DNA of 64,000 nt from Chrysomallon squamiferum (taxonomy: Eukaryota; Animalia; Mollusca). Shown here piece by piece: positions 14,601-28,139 of this stretch; position 1 is the stretch's first letter, and each line of letters starts with the position of its first letter. The notes under the pieces were generated by a model. That model saw only the letters and a program-made list of their open reading frames with translations. It had not been told where the DNA came from and made no database searches. A program made the position numbers and the translations under genes. Location of the stretch: positions 11,594,001-11,658,000 of the forward strand of contig CM022679.1 in assembly GCA_012295275.1 (NCBI GenBank), given 5' to 3'.

Positions 14601-17600
14601 AATGCTGAATACAAAGATAAGTTTACACAGGCCAAAGAGATTGGATTCATGGAATAATGATTTTTAAATCTACCTGTGAAGACAGATGAAAAATTAGAAT
14701 GAACTAACTTCAATTCCCAACAGAACTTACCACATAGAATCATCTTGATTCTGCTTAATGTTCTCTTGTGAAACAGAAGGTGATGGCAGTAAATGTAAAT
14801 AATGATTCTGAAAATCAATAACCATTATATTTCATTTATAGCATATATTTATATATTTATATATTATATATTTATATACATACAGTATAAATGAAATATA
14901 ACCACTTTGATATTAGTGATTACATTTCATTTACTGTGTAACTTATAAAAGGGAAAACAAACAAGTTCATTTAAACACTTTTTCACTTCTGATAAGATTG
15001 GTTTATGAAAATATTTATTGTTAACTGGCTCAATATATTCTTTTAGTATTAATATGGATAATGTCATCAATTATATACCTGAAGATTCTGCATAGGATCA
15101 GGTAAAATTCCAAACTGTTGTGACCTGTGCTCAGAAGAATAGGAATCCATTAGTGGAGATTTTTCCATAGTATGTCTGGGATTGGGACTTTTGTCATCTG
15201 TGATAGTAATAAACATTTTTCAGTTTATATATATTAAGCAAATTTATAAAACATCTAATTAAAGGTCATTTTAGAATAGTCATCTTACAAAGTCTCAGCT
15301 CACTTAATTTTAAAATCTAGCTATCTAGCCTAACACAGAACTGACTTCTACTGTACTTTTTGTCACACCACATCATACATTTTATTAATATATTTATATT
15401 ATTTGTCAAAATATTTTGTGCAATCAGTTAAAAAAAAAAATAACTCCAAAAAAAAACATTTTTTTATCTTTTTTATACAAAACCTGTTTCTTAAACTCCT
15501 AATAAAAATACAAGATTTCTTAACATTATGAAAAAACTTGACTTAGTGGTGATTTTTCAAATATTCAAATATTTATTCATATACAAAGTATTTCACATTG
15601 CAAAATAATTATTATGGACTCACTCATTTGTTATATAATAGATAAAAAGGACAAACCATCATGAAGATGAGGTCTATTGAAATGTGGCTCCGAGTCTTGA
15701 GTTTCCATAAGAAATTTCATCTGTTCAAGCTGGTCCATATGATCATCCTTCATTATTCTCCTAAACATTTGCTGATGATCAGGAAATTCTTCATTTAGTC
15801 TCTGGCTGTGATCTAGGCTCTCATCAAAGCCCTGCATGTCACCTTCATCGTGACTGTAAGATGACACTGGATTTCTTTCCTCTGACCAAGCATCTCTTTC
15901 ATTAATTCTGGAGTGAGGGATATTACCAAGAAAACCTGGCTTACTTAGAGGCTGCAATATTAAATGACATTATATATTTTGTTTTGTATTTTTCAGTGTT
16001 TTTAGTATAATTATTATTATTACTATTTTTATATTTTGTTTCATGATTAAATGACTGAAAAAACAATGTGAAATGAAAAATAAAAACTTAATTCTAATCA
16101 TGCTAAGGATATAAAAATTGACAATTATCGTTGTTTCATATGTAAAAACAAAAAAAAAAAAAAAAAAAAATATTTTAAAGCATGGAGAATAGGTTTCATT
16201 TAATTATGTATTTTTTACTTTTTTGTCCAACTTAAATAAATAAATTAGCTTTAAAACAAAAAAAAGGTAACAAATAACAAGGATACTTTCTGAAACTGTT
16301 TCCATGCATTATCTGGACCTTGCTCCATTTGCCTCTGTAACTGTTGTTTTTGTCGTTCAACAACCATCATGCGTTGTTTCTCACCAAGAGCTAATCCTTC
16401 AGGAAGGATTGGAAACCTATCTCGATCTACCATTTCAGATGAATTAATATTACCTATTCAAAAGTTAAAAAGAAGATTTTATTCAATGCTAACAACTCAA
16501 ATATGACAATGTTATCTACTTTTTCAGTTAGTAAAATGCTATTAGTTGACTGAAATAGGTTAACCAAAATATTCGGTCCAATGTAAATATATTATTTCAC
16601 TTATTTATTCAGTAAAGAATGTCACTGAAAAATTTTTTTTTTAGAAATCCTTGAAAAGTGGTGGTAACATTTGTCATCTAAAATTTAGCAGATTAAAAAT
16701 AAACAATTTTATAATTAGATACTAACATGACAGATCATCTAAGACAAATGGTTTATCTTTTGTATATGAACTGCTGTCAAATATAACTTTTTATTATTTG
16801 TCATTAAATATCAACTTAAAAAAACTATTAACCTTGTCCTGCATAAGATTTCATTCTGTTTTTTGGCATCTTCAAATATTGTTCATTTGGGTTTCCTTTC
16901 ACAGCTTTCTCTTGTTGCTTTGCCCTATTCATTTGCTCCCTCTCTTGTTGATGCTTCTGGATTACCTTAGAACCAAGATCCTCAATCATTTCCTGACTTT
17001 TGAGAAACTGTCTACTTTGTTCACAAAGCTGTTGTATTTGATCTCGTTTTCTTCCAGTATATGGCCTGTTATTTCCTGACAATTTGTCTATTCTTGGACT
17101 ATCTACTCTCTTTTCTGTGTCTGTGTGGCTGCTGTTCTTTTTATCACTTTTACTTTCATTTTTTGCAATTATTTTGTACTCTGAATTTGATCTTTGGGGA
17201 TTTAGCTTGGAATCAGATTTATTTTCATCTAAAACAGTAAATGAGTATTATCAGATAAATAACTTTATTATATAAAAGCATTAGAGTATGTTATCATGAG
17301 AAACTTCTTAGACAAATTAAGTGGGCTCATTAGCATACTTTGGGAATGGATATTTCTGCCATTCATTGAGATATTGCTTTCAAATTGCTTTCACTATTTT
17401 TTATATTTTATTTTCCCTACATCCATTGTCAGATATATTTTTGATTCCAGATAAAAAGCATAAAGCACAATGGCAGACTATATTGTTTTAGAGATTTTTA
17501 ACTAAATGCACAACATATCTTAACAGCAACTATTCCAGCCAGTTTCAGAAACTAGTTAAAATATCAAATAACCTGTAATATTTTAAGAATAAATGAAATG

Positions 17601-20600
17601 TTTTTAAATAATCAAATACTTTTTAACAACATCATGATTTTAATTAATAGCAAAGCAAATTCAAAAACCTATAACATTTAAATCGTTTTGTCAAACAATT
17701 TCTTTTCATAAATGTTTATTAATTTAGTAAACAAAATGACATTTTTTTTTTTAAATTACTTACTTTTCTCTTCTTCAGCTTTGCCTGTGAAAGTTAATGT
17801 GAGTTTATTATTTCCAAGTTTCAGCTCTTTGTAACAAGCAATCAACTGCCTAGCATTCTCAACTGTCTGTAACTCTATATAAGCTGATCTGTTACCAAGA
17901 AAAAAAAAAATAATAATAATTATAATAATAATAAACCATTACAAAGCATAATATAAAAAATTAACTGTTTAAGTTTTTTTTTACTTCCCTTTTGTGTTTC
18001 CTTTCTTTCATCTTTTTGTGCCTCAATAAAACAGAATCAATAAACATTTAATAACAAATTAGTTCATGCTAATACTACTGATCATTAAATGTCATAAAAC
18101 AAGGCCTCACACCTTTGAGAGAAGAAAGTTTCTGTCACCACTCTGTGAATTACTACAACCAGTCAGAAGCATCTTTAACATGCACCTGTCCACGCAATGG
18201 AAACAAATACCACGACATTCAATAAAAACATGTTATGCAGCACTGGTTTGGTTGGATATAATTCTACAGGCATGATGAAGACTGAAATTGCAACCTATCA
18301 TATATCATGCCTGCTCTCTAACAACAAAGTACAAGCTGCACACAATTATAAACAAAAGAAGCAACAAAATGAAAGAGATCATTAGACAACATTCTTAATA
18401 CATATTAGTATATATTTTATGCATGATTAACATTAATGCAGAATTAATAAATATAAAACAAATATCATCAAAAAATAACTGCTTTACTGAATGCTGTTTG
18501 GCATGATAATAGTCAAAATAAAATTTCTTTTTAAACTTTCAGATCATGAAAGTTTCACCAAGCAAACCATTATATCATTAAGAATAAAAGACCTTAAACT
18601 GATAATGTCTTTCTGGATCATGTAGCAAATATGAGAACAAAAGGATACTTTCTATAGTTATTATCTCAGTCTATACCACCATGATCTACTTTTTCAGTAA
18701 TAAAATAAAATAATTGTATAAAAAGGTATAAAACACACACTGAACCACATACTTATTGTAATGCTTATAATGCAAGTAGATCAAACTGTATTATAAACTA
18801 TAAACATAGTGATATGTGTTCATACTTAAGTGGATTTTGTGGTTTGTTAGAACAAGCACCTGTGCAAATTAATAGTCACTTGTTGCTTTTGCACTGCAAT
18901 AATACTGAAAGTAAAATGATATTTAAGGTATTAATCTCTTTTGTTGCTTTTTTCCCTTCATATTTACAGAAAACTATAACTGGTTTTGTCTGAATCTGTG
19001 ATTACAAGGAAATATTTATACTCCATGGAGAATACAAATGTTTTCAAATAATCCATGATTTATAATGTTAGAGACATTTAACAAAATATGTAAAATCCTA
19101 ACTATTTTAGTTATGAAGAAAATGTCCAGAAAATATTAGGTCTCAGTGGCTACAACTTTGATGATATTTTCAAAGAACATCAGAAATTTCACCCCAGGAG
19201 AAATCATCATCATCTGATTAAATGAAAATAGGATTCTAGATAACTATATAATTTATAGTGAAATGCTGAAACACCAGAAAATATCAGTGATAGTAACTAC
19301 TTAACAATTTTCACTGCCAAGGTGGGTATTGCCAACATAAGAAATCTGAATTAAGCTAGAAGTTGATGAAACAAAGGCATTGTACGTCTGATTAGAAAAT
19401 GTGATACAATACACCTGAGATTCTGTTATAACTCAATACTGTTACTGCTCATGTTCATATTATTGGTTTACAGGTAGTCAAATCATAACTTCAGCAGCTG
19501 TCACTAAAGCTACCCAAAAAGTTAAATGATCTTTTCCATTTGTCTCTATAAAAGTAGAAAAGAAAAAGCATTTGTCTTTGTTGATTTATTAAAGGAAACT
19601 CAGCATTCAGAAGACAATCAGTATATGTCTTTGGAAACACCATAATAAATGTTCAAGCTAAAATCTACTAGCAACATGACATCAATGTTAAAAAGTAAAA
19701 ATAACTGACTATTTTACAACACTTCAAAACATTTTAACTGAATGGTTATTCAGTGTTAAATTAATATTTTTGTCTTTTTGTTTCTTTCAAAAAGATGTGA
19801 TAGAAAACATATGGCCACCACTGTGTAGGCTTCACTTAATGATTAAGAACAAGGTTGTTTTTCTGTATATTTTCACAATTGGAACAAACCACATACTAGA
19901 GACATAAAACACTTTAGAAGCAATGACTGAAATGGGAAATAATGAAAGGCAAAATAATATCTTCAAGTTTATTCTTTATGAAAGAAAGCTGATGACAATG
20001 AGTCAGAAAACTGCAAATGAAGAAAAGGGATCTAGATGAGTCAAAAGACTCTATTTCAGTATGTATTAATAGCCATTATGTAATTTTAAATTGATTTCTG
20101 GACATCTTTCAGCAAATTATAAACATGGATCAAAATATTAACATCCATAATGATTAATCATTCATCCAAAATAAATAAAATAATGAATGCAGAATCAAAT
20201 CATTTAGAAAAGGTAATAAAATGAAAATAGCCATAGTTTAAATTTGCATACAGTTTCAAATGAAAACAAAGAAAAATATACTTGATGTGTATAGACCCTG
20301 AATTATTTAAGACAAAAAAATACATACAAAATGAGGAGAAGCCTTTCAACACTTCCTTTGATAGGCATTTTTAATGACAATTGTTTTTTTGTAGGATATC
20401 TTTTAACAGAATTCACTATAAAATGCAGAAAACATCCAATATGAGTTCTTAATATTTGCTTTTTAAAAACAGATCATATCACAGATCATCATTTCTGAAT
20501 TATTTCTGAAGAACTTTGACGTTATTGTAAGGAATCAGTGGAGAATGAAAAAAGTGTATGTGTAAATGTTGTATCTGGTTGTTTATGGTCTAAACTGTAG

Positions 20601-23600
20601 AAAATCTGGTAATGAACTATGTTTTTGCAACAGATGAAAACAGCAATAACTGTAACAAGCAATTGCTGAAATCTCCTGTGAAATACTTACCCAGTTGTTT
20701 CTCCCTTATTCAGCTGGGAGAAAGTAATGTTGCTTGAAATAGGAAACAGCACTTCCATCATTTTCTTTGATGTTCCCTCAGGAATATTCTGTACTTTAAC
20801 TGATCTATTTTCTGGTTTTCCTGTAAAAAGAAATCTATATATCGGCCCTATCTTTCTTAAATATCACAGATTGCTGTTCAGACGGCAAGTACTGCTTAGA
20901 AAAAATCAAAAGATGAAGGTCAACAATCTGACTCCTGCCAGACTGAAAACTAATTTAAAACGCAATGTATACTGAGTGTGATTTTCTGATACAAAACACA
21001 ACCAATAATGGCTGCCATAGCTTTTTATGCATTTTGCATTTTCACAGTGGGTCTTACATTTTTTTGTACATTTATTTTAGCCATAATATTTAATAGAATG
21101 AATGATGTACTGAATGTATGGTGTGTACATAGTCACACAACTTGTAGAAATGATGTTAGTTTATTGTAAATAAGGTTGAATATAATAATTAAATGGCTTT
21201 TGGAATTATCAAGTTTTTCTAGGAACAATAAAAAAGTACGAGAATTTAAAATCTTGGAAATCCAATAGCTTTGAAAAAAACTGTCTGATTCAACAGAATT
21301 CAAAAATTCTGTGAAATAATCTAGCATAACTTCATGAAGAGTTATCAGATGTCATTTAGTAACAAGACAATGAGATCATGCTTGGTAGAATAATTCATTT
21401 TATGAAGAAAAAAAACTGATCAGAAGACATCAAGCTATTGCTGATCATCAGAATCATTTACTGTATGGAGGAATAAGTTAACAGGAAAGTTTTAACGTTT
21501 TGCAATAAATCACTTAATGCAATAAATCACTGTAAGGTGTCATCTGATGTATTACAATATTCAGTCGATTTCTGGAAACCAGGATTTTCATTTGATAATG
21601 ACAAAAGCTCATCTATTGTCATACACCAAATTTACCATGAAGTGAAAATGCAGTGAATATAATACAAGTCTCCCTTCTATGGCAAGCAAGTACAAATTTG
21701 ATGTGGCATACTCCTTATCAATAATCCAAATTCAGCTTGGTTCAGGTTATTCCACTCATCATGTAGATTTCATAGTGGATGATTTAAGCATCTACCAAGT
21801 GTCTAAGACAAAAGGCATGACAGAGGCTGGCCATAGTGATGTTTTGTGCCTGGAAATAGTCGATGATAATTGTGTGTGCCCTGAAGTCATCATCTTAAAA
21901 GCAAAAACAATGGCCATGATCACATGCAAAAGATATAATGTGTGCTGCTAAGATGTGATCATGATAGCATAAACCAATGAGATGTCCACTGATGATGTGC
22001 AAAGCTGTTTGTCCTTAACTCTGATGCTACTCCAAACCACAACAGACCCACCTTTAACATTTCCTTCATGGAATCATTCATTACATCGATGCCACACTCT
22101 GTTGCATCTGTCATGAAGTCCAATGTCCCAGCACTGGCACTCCTGACACCAACAACATCTTTCAGTAATGTCATGATTGGTCAAATGTGACATTTGTCTC
22201 ATTTGTAAAATGCAAATGTCTTATGAATGTTTGTCAATACATGTCAGAAATGTGTAATTCCAATGCAACACAATACAGTTTAAAGTCTGACTCCAAAAGA
22301 ATACTGATTAAATGTCTTGGAAATAACCTGTTCACTTTAATGCAGATCTTGAAGTAAATCCCTATGATGCTCCTATGGACCATGTGGAATATACCTGCAT
22401 GTGATTGTTCAGGTTTTGGGGGGTCTTTTATGATCAGAACTGAATATTCTAACATGCTTATGCAATTGCATTCTCTAGAATTATAAATGAAAAATGGAAT
22501 ATTCCCTACTTGTTTGTACAGTATATGTATACAAGGATGGGATCCAGGTTTGGAATGTGGCAGCTTTAGTGCTCGCATAGTATGAGATGCAGCAAGGTTA
22601 CCTCCTAATTTTGTCAAATGATTCAAAGAAGAAATGATAAATGGCCACAGGCTCTAATCCATATTATTATATTTCCTGTTTGGCCTCACACTCTAGTGTC
22701 AGAGTGTCAGCAGTTCAGCTATTGAATATTTCCAACATAATCTGTTATTTCTCTAATCTGTAGAATGAGCATTTACATAACATTTATTATCCCATCAATA
22801 TTATGACTGGATTCAAGTAATAACATCTGGTCAGCTTTTGTAACAGAAAAAACATCAGGTGCTTGATTAATTTTCATGTCTACACAACAATAATTTTAAC
22901 CTGAAAATAAATAAATAGTCATATGAAGATCAAAAACATGATTCTAAATCTCAGTACTTCGAGAATATCTTCTTTTCTTGGCTGGGAATTTAACAAAACA
23001 GTCTGCTAAATGAACATAATGAAAAGCAGGTTCATATTGACAAATGGATAACAGTGCCATATTTTTACAGTGCCTGTTCATCTTGGTAAGATGAACAGTT
23101 ATTATATTTTATTGTGATAATGAGACTTACCCAATAACATTTATTTCTAAGCCTCATACTAAACCTTTTATTTCAGTTATATTTTATTATTATTATTATT
23201 ATTATATCTTCTTCTTCTTTTTTTTTAAAGCCAATAAACTGCAGATGAAAATTAAAAATAATAAAACAATAATAAACAAATAAATAAATCAAAACATTTT
23301 TAAAAAATGGATTTCTATGAAAATAAAAAATGACTGGTATTTTTTGTCAGATGAAATTATATCTTAGATATTAAAATTAATGTAAAATGCAATAATGCAT
23401 TAAAAAGTGTTGTTAACCTGGTTTCAGGGGACAGTATAATTTAAGATTCTGTACGTAAATACTGTTCTTCATATCAGAACAATCATTTGGTTAGAATTCT
23501 GCACTGCAAGATATTTTAAGTTTGTTTCAGCTTACCTTGTTAGTGCCTCTGAAAAAAATCATATTTCAAAATACATATAACATAACTACCTTCTCCTTTT

Positions 23601-26236
23601 TGTCCCAACCAAAATGCCAATGATGTGTTTAGTTGTTTACTGTGATTTAGATCCAACTTCAATTCACCTGATTATGAAATAAAAAATAAAATTTATACGA
23701 GTTAAATCCAGATATAGGCAGACCAGATTTTAAAAAAATAAAATAAAATAAATTACGCACACACACACACCTATTTAAAAAGCCCAAAGAAAATAAAGAT
23801 ATAATCCAAATAAATTCATTGTTAACTAACTTCAAAGATTGTAGTTCCAAGTAATAAGTCAACAATTTTGAACTACTTCAAAACAATTTCATTTTTAACT
23901 GTTGATTTTGTTTTTAATATTAAAGAAAAAGTATAAAATGAGTGACTGAACAGTAATGAATTTATTCAGTAAAGATTTGATTGACAAACCTGTTTCAAAA
24001 GCATCATTATCTTTTCTTCTACTGACAAAAACAGTGATTTCTTCAGCTGAAAGCTCCATGTGATAGATATCTGACAGAACAGATTTCATGTCATTGTGCT
24101 GGTAAAACATCAGACTCATATCACTGAAAGAATGTGGAAAAATAAATATATACTATTCTTTTTTTAAAAACATATAGTGATATACTACACAAATACATAA
24201 ATTTAAGGTAATTTTCATATTTAGACTGAGTCTTCCTTAACAAGGAATGTAAGATTTAAAAATGAGTGAATGCTGAAGCACTCCCCTGAAGCAAAACCTT
24301 TAGGAAGCAAGACAAGAATTCAAAAACAGTAAGTCCTTAAGTTGGAATTTCAAAACAAATTGCTTAAAATATTTTGCATAAGATTAAGAGGTCACTGATA
24401 CACCTAACATTATTTAATGACTAGTAATTGTATTCTTTGCCCTTAAGATTTCAAAGGTACCAGCTGATATTACAAATAAAACATTTAGACAAATAACTGA
24501 AATTCTGAAACCATTCACTGGAACTATTAACTGTTATTCAATGGGGAAAAAAATTTTTTACAAATGTGTCAACAAAAAATATATAGATTTCTCTGAAATA
24601 CAGATAGCAGTGCTAAATAAACCCTGGTCTATTTTTATTGGTTGAGAATCTACTTTTATTGGAGAAACTCAGAAAGCAACAAATATTTTATTTATCAAAA
24701 ACAAAAAACTATTAAAATGACTGAATGATCATCAAAACTATCCAGATAAGGGTAATTTTCTTAGCATTTCTGAAGAAAAAAGTATAATTTTTTGTCAATA
24801 TTTACATACCCACTTTTTGGCATATCTTCTGAAGATAAGAAAAAAACACCTATATTAACAGCAACACTGACTATTTTTTCCATTTCTTTCAGAACAAGAT
24901 CTTTTCCAAACAAAGGATATACACGCATACTCCATATTAGTGGTTCTGGAAAAAAGATACATGCAATTTTATATATGCAAACTGAACCTGACAGGTATGA
25001 CAAGTTCAATGTAAAGGATTTCACTTCCATGCAGAATATACACACATTTCTTTAGTTGCTATTTATAGCAAATATTCATCTTCTATAATTCACATACAGC
25101 AAATAATAATAATAAAACATATTTCTCAGCCTATTTATGGTCTAAGATTTCTCAACACTTACTTTGTTTGTTGAATGGAAAAATATCAGGAGGACCGTCT
25201 GCACCTCCAGTAACCAAGCGACATCCTGCATTTAATAGATAAAACTTTAATAAATAAATTATAAATATATATACAGTGGTACATTGGCTTATGAGTTTAA
25301 TTCGTTCTGTGACTGAGCTTGTAACTCAATTTGCTCGTATATCAAATAAATTTTCCCAAATGAAATTAATTGAAATATCATTAATCTGTTCCAGCCCCAC
25401 AAAAACAACCCCAATTTTTTGTCATGTGTTTTTAAATAAGAAAAATGTATGTATAAATGACAAATTTTGTATAAAAACAAAATAAAAGAGAATGTAGAGA
25501 ACTAAATTGGTTTTGTAAAGTGTATAAGGTTAGGGTTTCTCCATCTTTTCATGGAAAGAGGTCTGCAGCTTAGAAATTATTTTAACACCTTTGGCTGGAG
25601 TTATATTGGCTTTATTGACTCCTTCTGCTTCAGTATGGTACATATCATAAAGTACTACGCTCATACTGCATAGCCATGTTGACTACAGGCACAACTCGCT
25701 TTTGTTTTTCTAAGATTTGATGCTTTAATTCAATGGACATCATCCGTTTCTTCTTCTCAGCGCTGTCCTTTGCACTCACTTTCTTAGGATCCATGGACAT
25801 TTGGCAAAATACTGCACAAAACACGAGCACAATAGAACAGAGATGTTTTCACAGCAAGGTAATCACATGAAACAAACAAGTGAGACATGGGATGCTGGGC
25901 AGATGTTGAGTTGTTCATTGCGCCAACTAGCAGCGGCATATCTGATGCTTGCCCATAACTCAAAGCAAAAAACTGACTGGCTGACTGTTCGTAACTTGGA
26001 AAACTCAGTTGGAGCACTCGTAAGTCAAGATACCACTGTATATATATTAATTTTCAAAATGTTAAATATAAAATAACAGTAACATAAATAAAACTCTGTT
26101 TCAAACTTTTTACTGTAGAAAAAAAAAATATTGTCTTTTTTATTTTCTCTAGTATTTAGAAATAATCAGTAACAATTTAAAATAATTTTCATTGGCTTTT
26201 AATATTAAATCAAGTTCAAGATTACAATGTTTCAAA

Positions 26237-26279
<43 letters not shown>

Positions 26280-27813
26280 AATAAAATAAAATAAAATAAA
26301 TTACTATAAAATAAATAGTAATAATAAAAGGTTATTATATAAATTACTATTTTTATGATTAGATAATAATAAATTAAAATGTGGTATGTAAATTATCATC
26401 AGAGGTTAAGATTTCACTTACTTGTACTTTGTCTAACATTACTGAAAGGATTCAATTTTTCATCCAGAGTATCTGCTGCCTTTGGCAAAAGATAGTTAAT
26501 AGACATTGTACTCATTGGTTTATTCTTTTCATCAGCACTAATTTGTTCTTTTTTAACATCCTTCTTGATCTGTTGATTAACATCAGTATATTTATCATTA
26601 ACGTCTGATTTGATTTTATCTTTTTTGTCAGATTTGCTTTCATCTTTTTCATCAGATTTGATTTTGGGTTTTTTGTCTGATCTTTTGTCATCTTCCTTTT
26701 CCAATTTTTTGTCAACAGTCTTTTTCAAACCAATTGAGTTTTCTGTATCTTTCAATTCACTCTGATTAGAAACTGAACTGGCAGATTTTGAGACACTTTT
26801 CTCCACAGAATGATCTGATTTGGGTGGCTTTTCATCTGCAGTATCTTTTTTGTTAGAATCTTTAAACTGATTTCTTTTATCATCAATTGTCTTAGAAATC
26901 AACTGTCTTCCTAATATGCTTGGACTGCTGGAATAACTTCTACAATCTCTAGATTCAGAATTTGATTTCCTGTCACATGATCTTGATCTGTTCCCTTCTT
27001 CTGATTTATTAGTCTGAGAATCCAATTTTTTATCTTCACCAATAGATTTTTGGTCAGCTAATTCTGTTAAATTATAATTTTTGGTCTCTTTCCCTTTTCC
27101 ACACAATCTTTCTCTATTATCAGATACTGAATCATCATATGATGTCTTTTCCTCTTTGTTTTCACTAGTTTTACTGTTTTCTGTGATTGCTGATTTGTTT
27201 TCTCCATTAGAAATCTCTTGGTATTCATCATCTGCGTCATCAACTACAGTCCATTCTTTGGGAAATTCTTCCTCATCAATGTCAAAGTTACTTCCAACAT
27301 CCCCCTCCAAGTCTTCATCAGACATAACTATTTCATCGTCATCCATGTTTAGCTGAATAAAGAACAAAAACTGTTATTTTAAAAGAGTAAATAATAATTA
27401 CATGCAACATCTGTATTATCTTACAGATATATATTCCATTCCCAGGATAAATGTATGTTAGTATATCTTATCACAATTTTTATTTTATTTTAAACCTAGG
27501 ACCTGACTGCAAAATATTCTTTCGTAACAACAAAATGTGTAATAAAATGCAGGCGAGTTGAGGTTTTTTGTTGTAAAGCCACAAACTTTAGAAAGGAGGA
27601 TGTCTGAATGAATTAACGGGACAACATAATTCATAGTAATGGCAGTGTAACTGTTGCAAACATACGTAGGCATAAAATAAAATAAAACTGTTTAAGACGT
27701 ACTAGTACTAATACTTAGTATTTTTAACATCTGATAATTTGATCATTACACAAGTTACTCACTACCTCAGTTAAACTTACTGTGATTTCAATGTTCGCTG
27801 TTGAATTGTCCAT
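11700..27813 (-). CDS. Uncharacterised large multi-exon RRM-containing protein with acidic/Lys-Asp-Ser-rich N-terminus and Gln/Pro/Met/Arg-rich C-terminus
   Basis: Well-supported exons: 27813-27781 (MDNSTANIEIT), 27352-26422, 25225-25163, ~24123-23989, 23667-23590, 20820-20691 (RSVKVQNIPEGTSKKMMEVLFP, RNP2-like), 17888-17764 (SAYIELQTVENARQLI...LGNNKLTLTF, RNP1 and RRM end), 17228-16833, 16453-16287, 15951-15657, 15197-15079, 14279-13917, 13595-13152 and terminal 11703-11700 (stop). Exons between ~18.6 and 25.1 kb and near 14.7 kb cannot be fully resolved. Confidence 0.72.
11976..12972. mobile_element. Possible non-autonomous DNA transposon (MITE-like) in an intron
   Basis: The right end reads CAAACCCTG and the left end CATGGTTT, a degenerate CAGGGTTT inverted terminus. 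TTTTCCA motifs cluster near both ends (12015-12070 and 12877-12953). Confidence 0.3.
18060..18330 (+). mobile_element. Probable piggyBac-like transposase 3' remnant
   Basis: Degenerate translation ILLIIKCHKTRPHTFERRKFLSPLCELLQ...KTCY...IIYHAC resembles the piggyBac C-terminal RRKF..LAEEL segment and Cys-rich tail. Similar degraded sequence lies at ~19100-19900. Confidence 0.3.
21780..22150 (-). mobile_element. Decayed Tc1-family transposase fragment (DDE domain)
   Basis: Minus-strand fragments GGSVVVWSSI and F*DDDFRAHTIIIDYFQAQNIT resemble the Tc1 motifs GGGSVMVWG and FQ(D/Q)DNARPH. The fragments are broken by stops and frameshifts. Confidence 0.6.
25274..26038 (-). mobile_element. Tigger/pogo-type non-autonomous DNA transposon, copy 1 (both ends present)
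   Basis: Termini are TA-CAGTGGTAC...ATACCACTG-TA, i.e. inverted ends with a TA target duplication. It encodes a broken CENP-B/psq-type HTH start (MDPKKVSAKDSAEKKKRMMSIELKHQILEK...ICTILKQKESIK...TPAKGVKIISKL). The DDE domain is deleted. Confidence 0.88.
26235..26300. repeat. (AAAT)n/(AAAAT)n microsatellite
   Basis: Tandem units read directly from the sequence. Confidence 0.95.
26422..27352 (-). CDS. Large low-complexity exon of the RRM gene
   Basis: 931-nt open exon within ORF 26414-27367, with AG acceptor at 27353-27354 and GTAAGT donor at 26421. It is in phase with both neighbouring exons. Confidence 0.85.
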
Positions 27814-28082
27814 CTCTTATTTGTTTTCATTAAAAATGACACTGAAGTTATATCAGTTATAAATAACGAATTTTAAACAACAATATCAAAGTAATGAAAA
27901 TCAAATTCAGAAAGTATAATGTACCCTATTTCTTAATGTTAATCAACTTTTTATGCAGCTCTCGAATGTTTTAACACATCAATCTTTTATTTTTATTTCC
28001 TCCTTTTGGAATTAAGACCCACAATCTATTTGTTAAAATGACAGGTACAATAACAACAAATGTTTAACAACATTTTTCTTTG

Positions 28083-28137
<55 letters not shown>
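28083..28137. repeat. (AAT)n microsatellite
   Basis: Tandem units read directly from the sequence. Confidence 0.95.

Positions 28138-28139
<2 letters not shown>

Noticed and set aside
22234-22626. 130-aa minus-strand ORF with a faint resemblance to a MULE transposase (LLESDF...VALELH)
   Set aside because: The similarity is too weak to call by eye. It is probably a decayed element next to the Tc1 remnant.
20300-25100. Idea that premature stops in the RRM-gene exons are repaired by A-to-I editing
   Set aside because: Most disruptions are frameshifts with several stops per frame, which base editing cannot fix.
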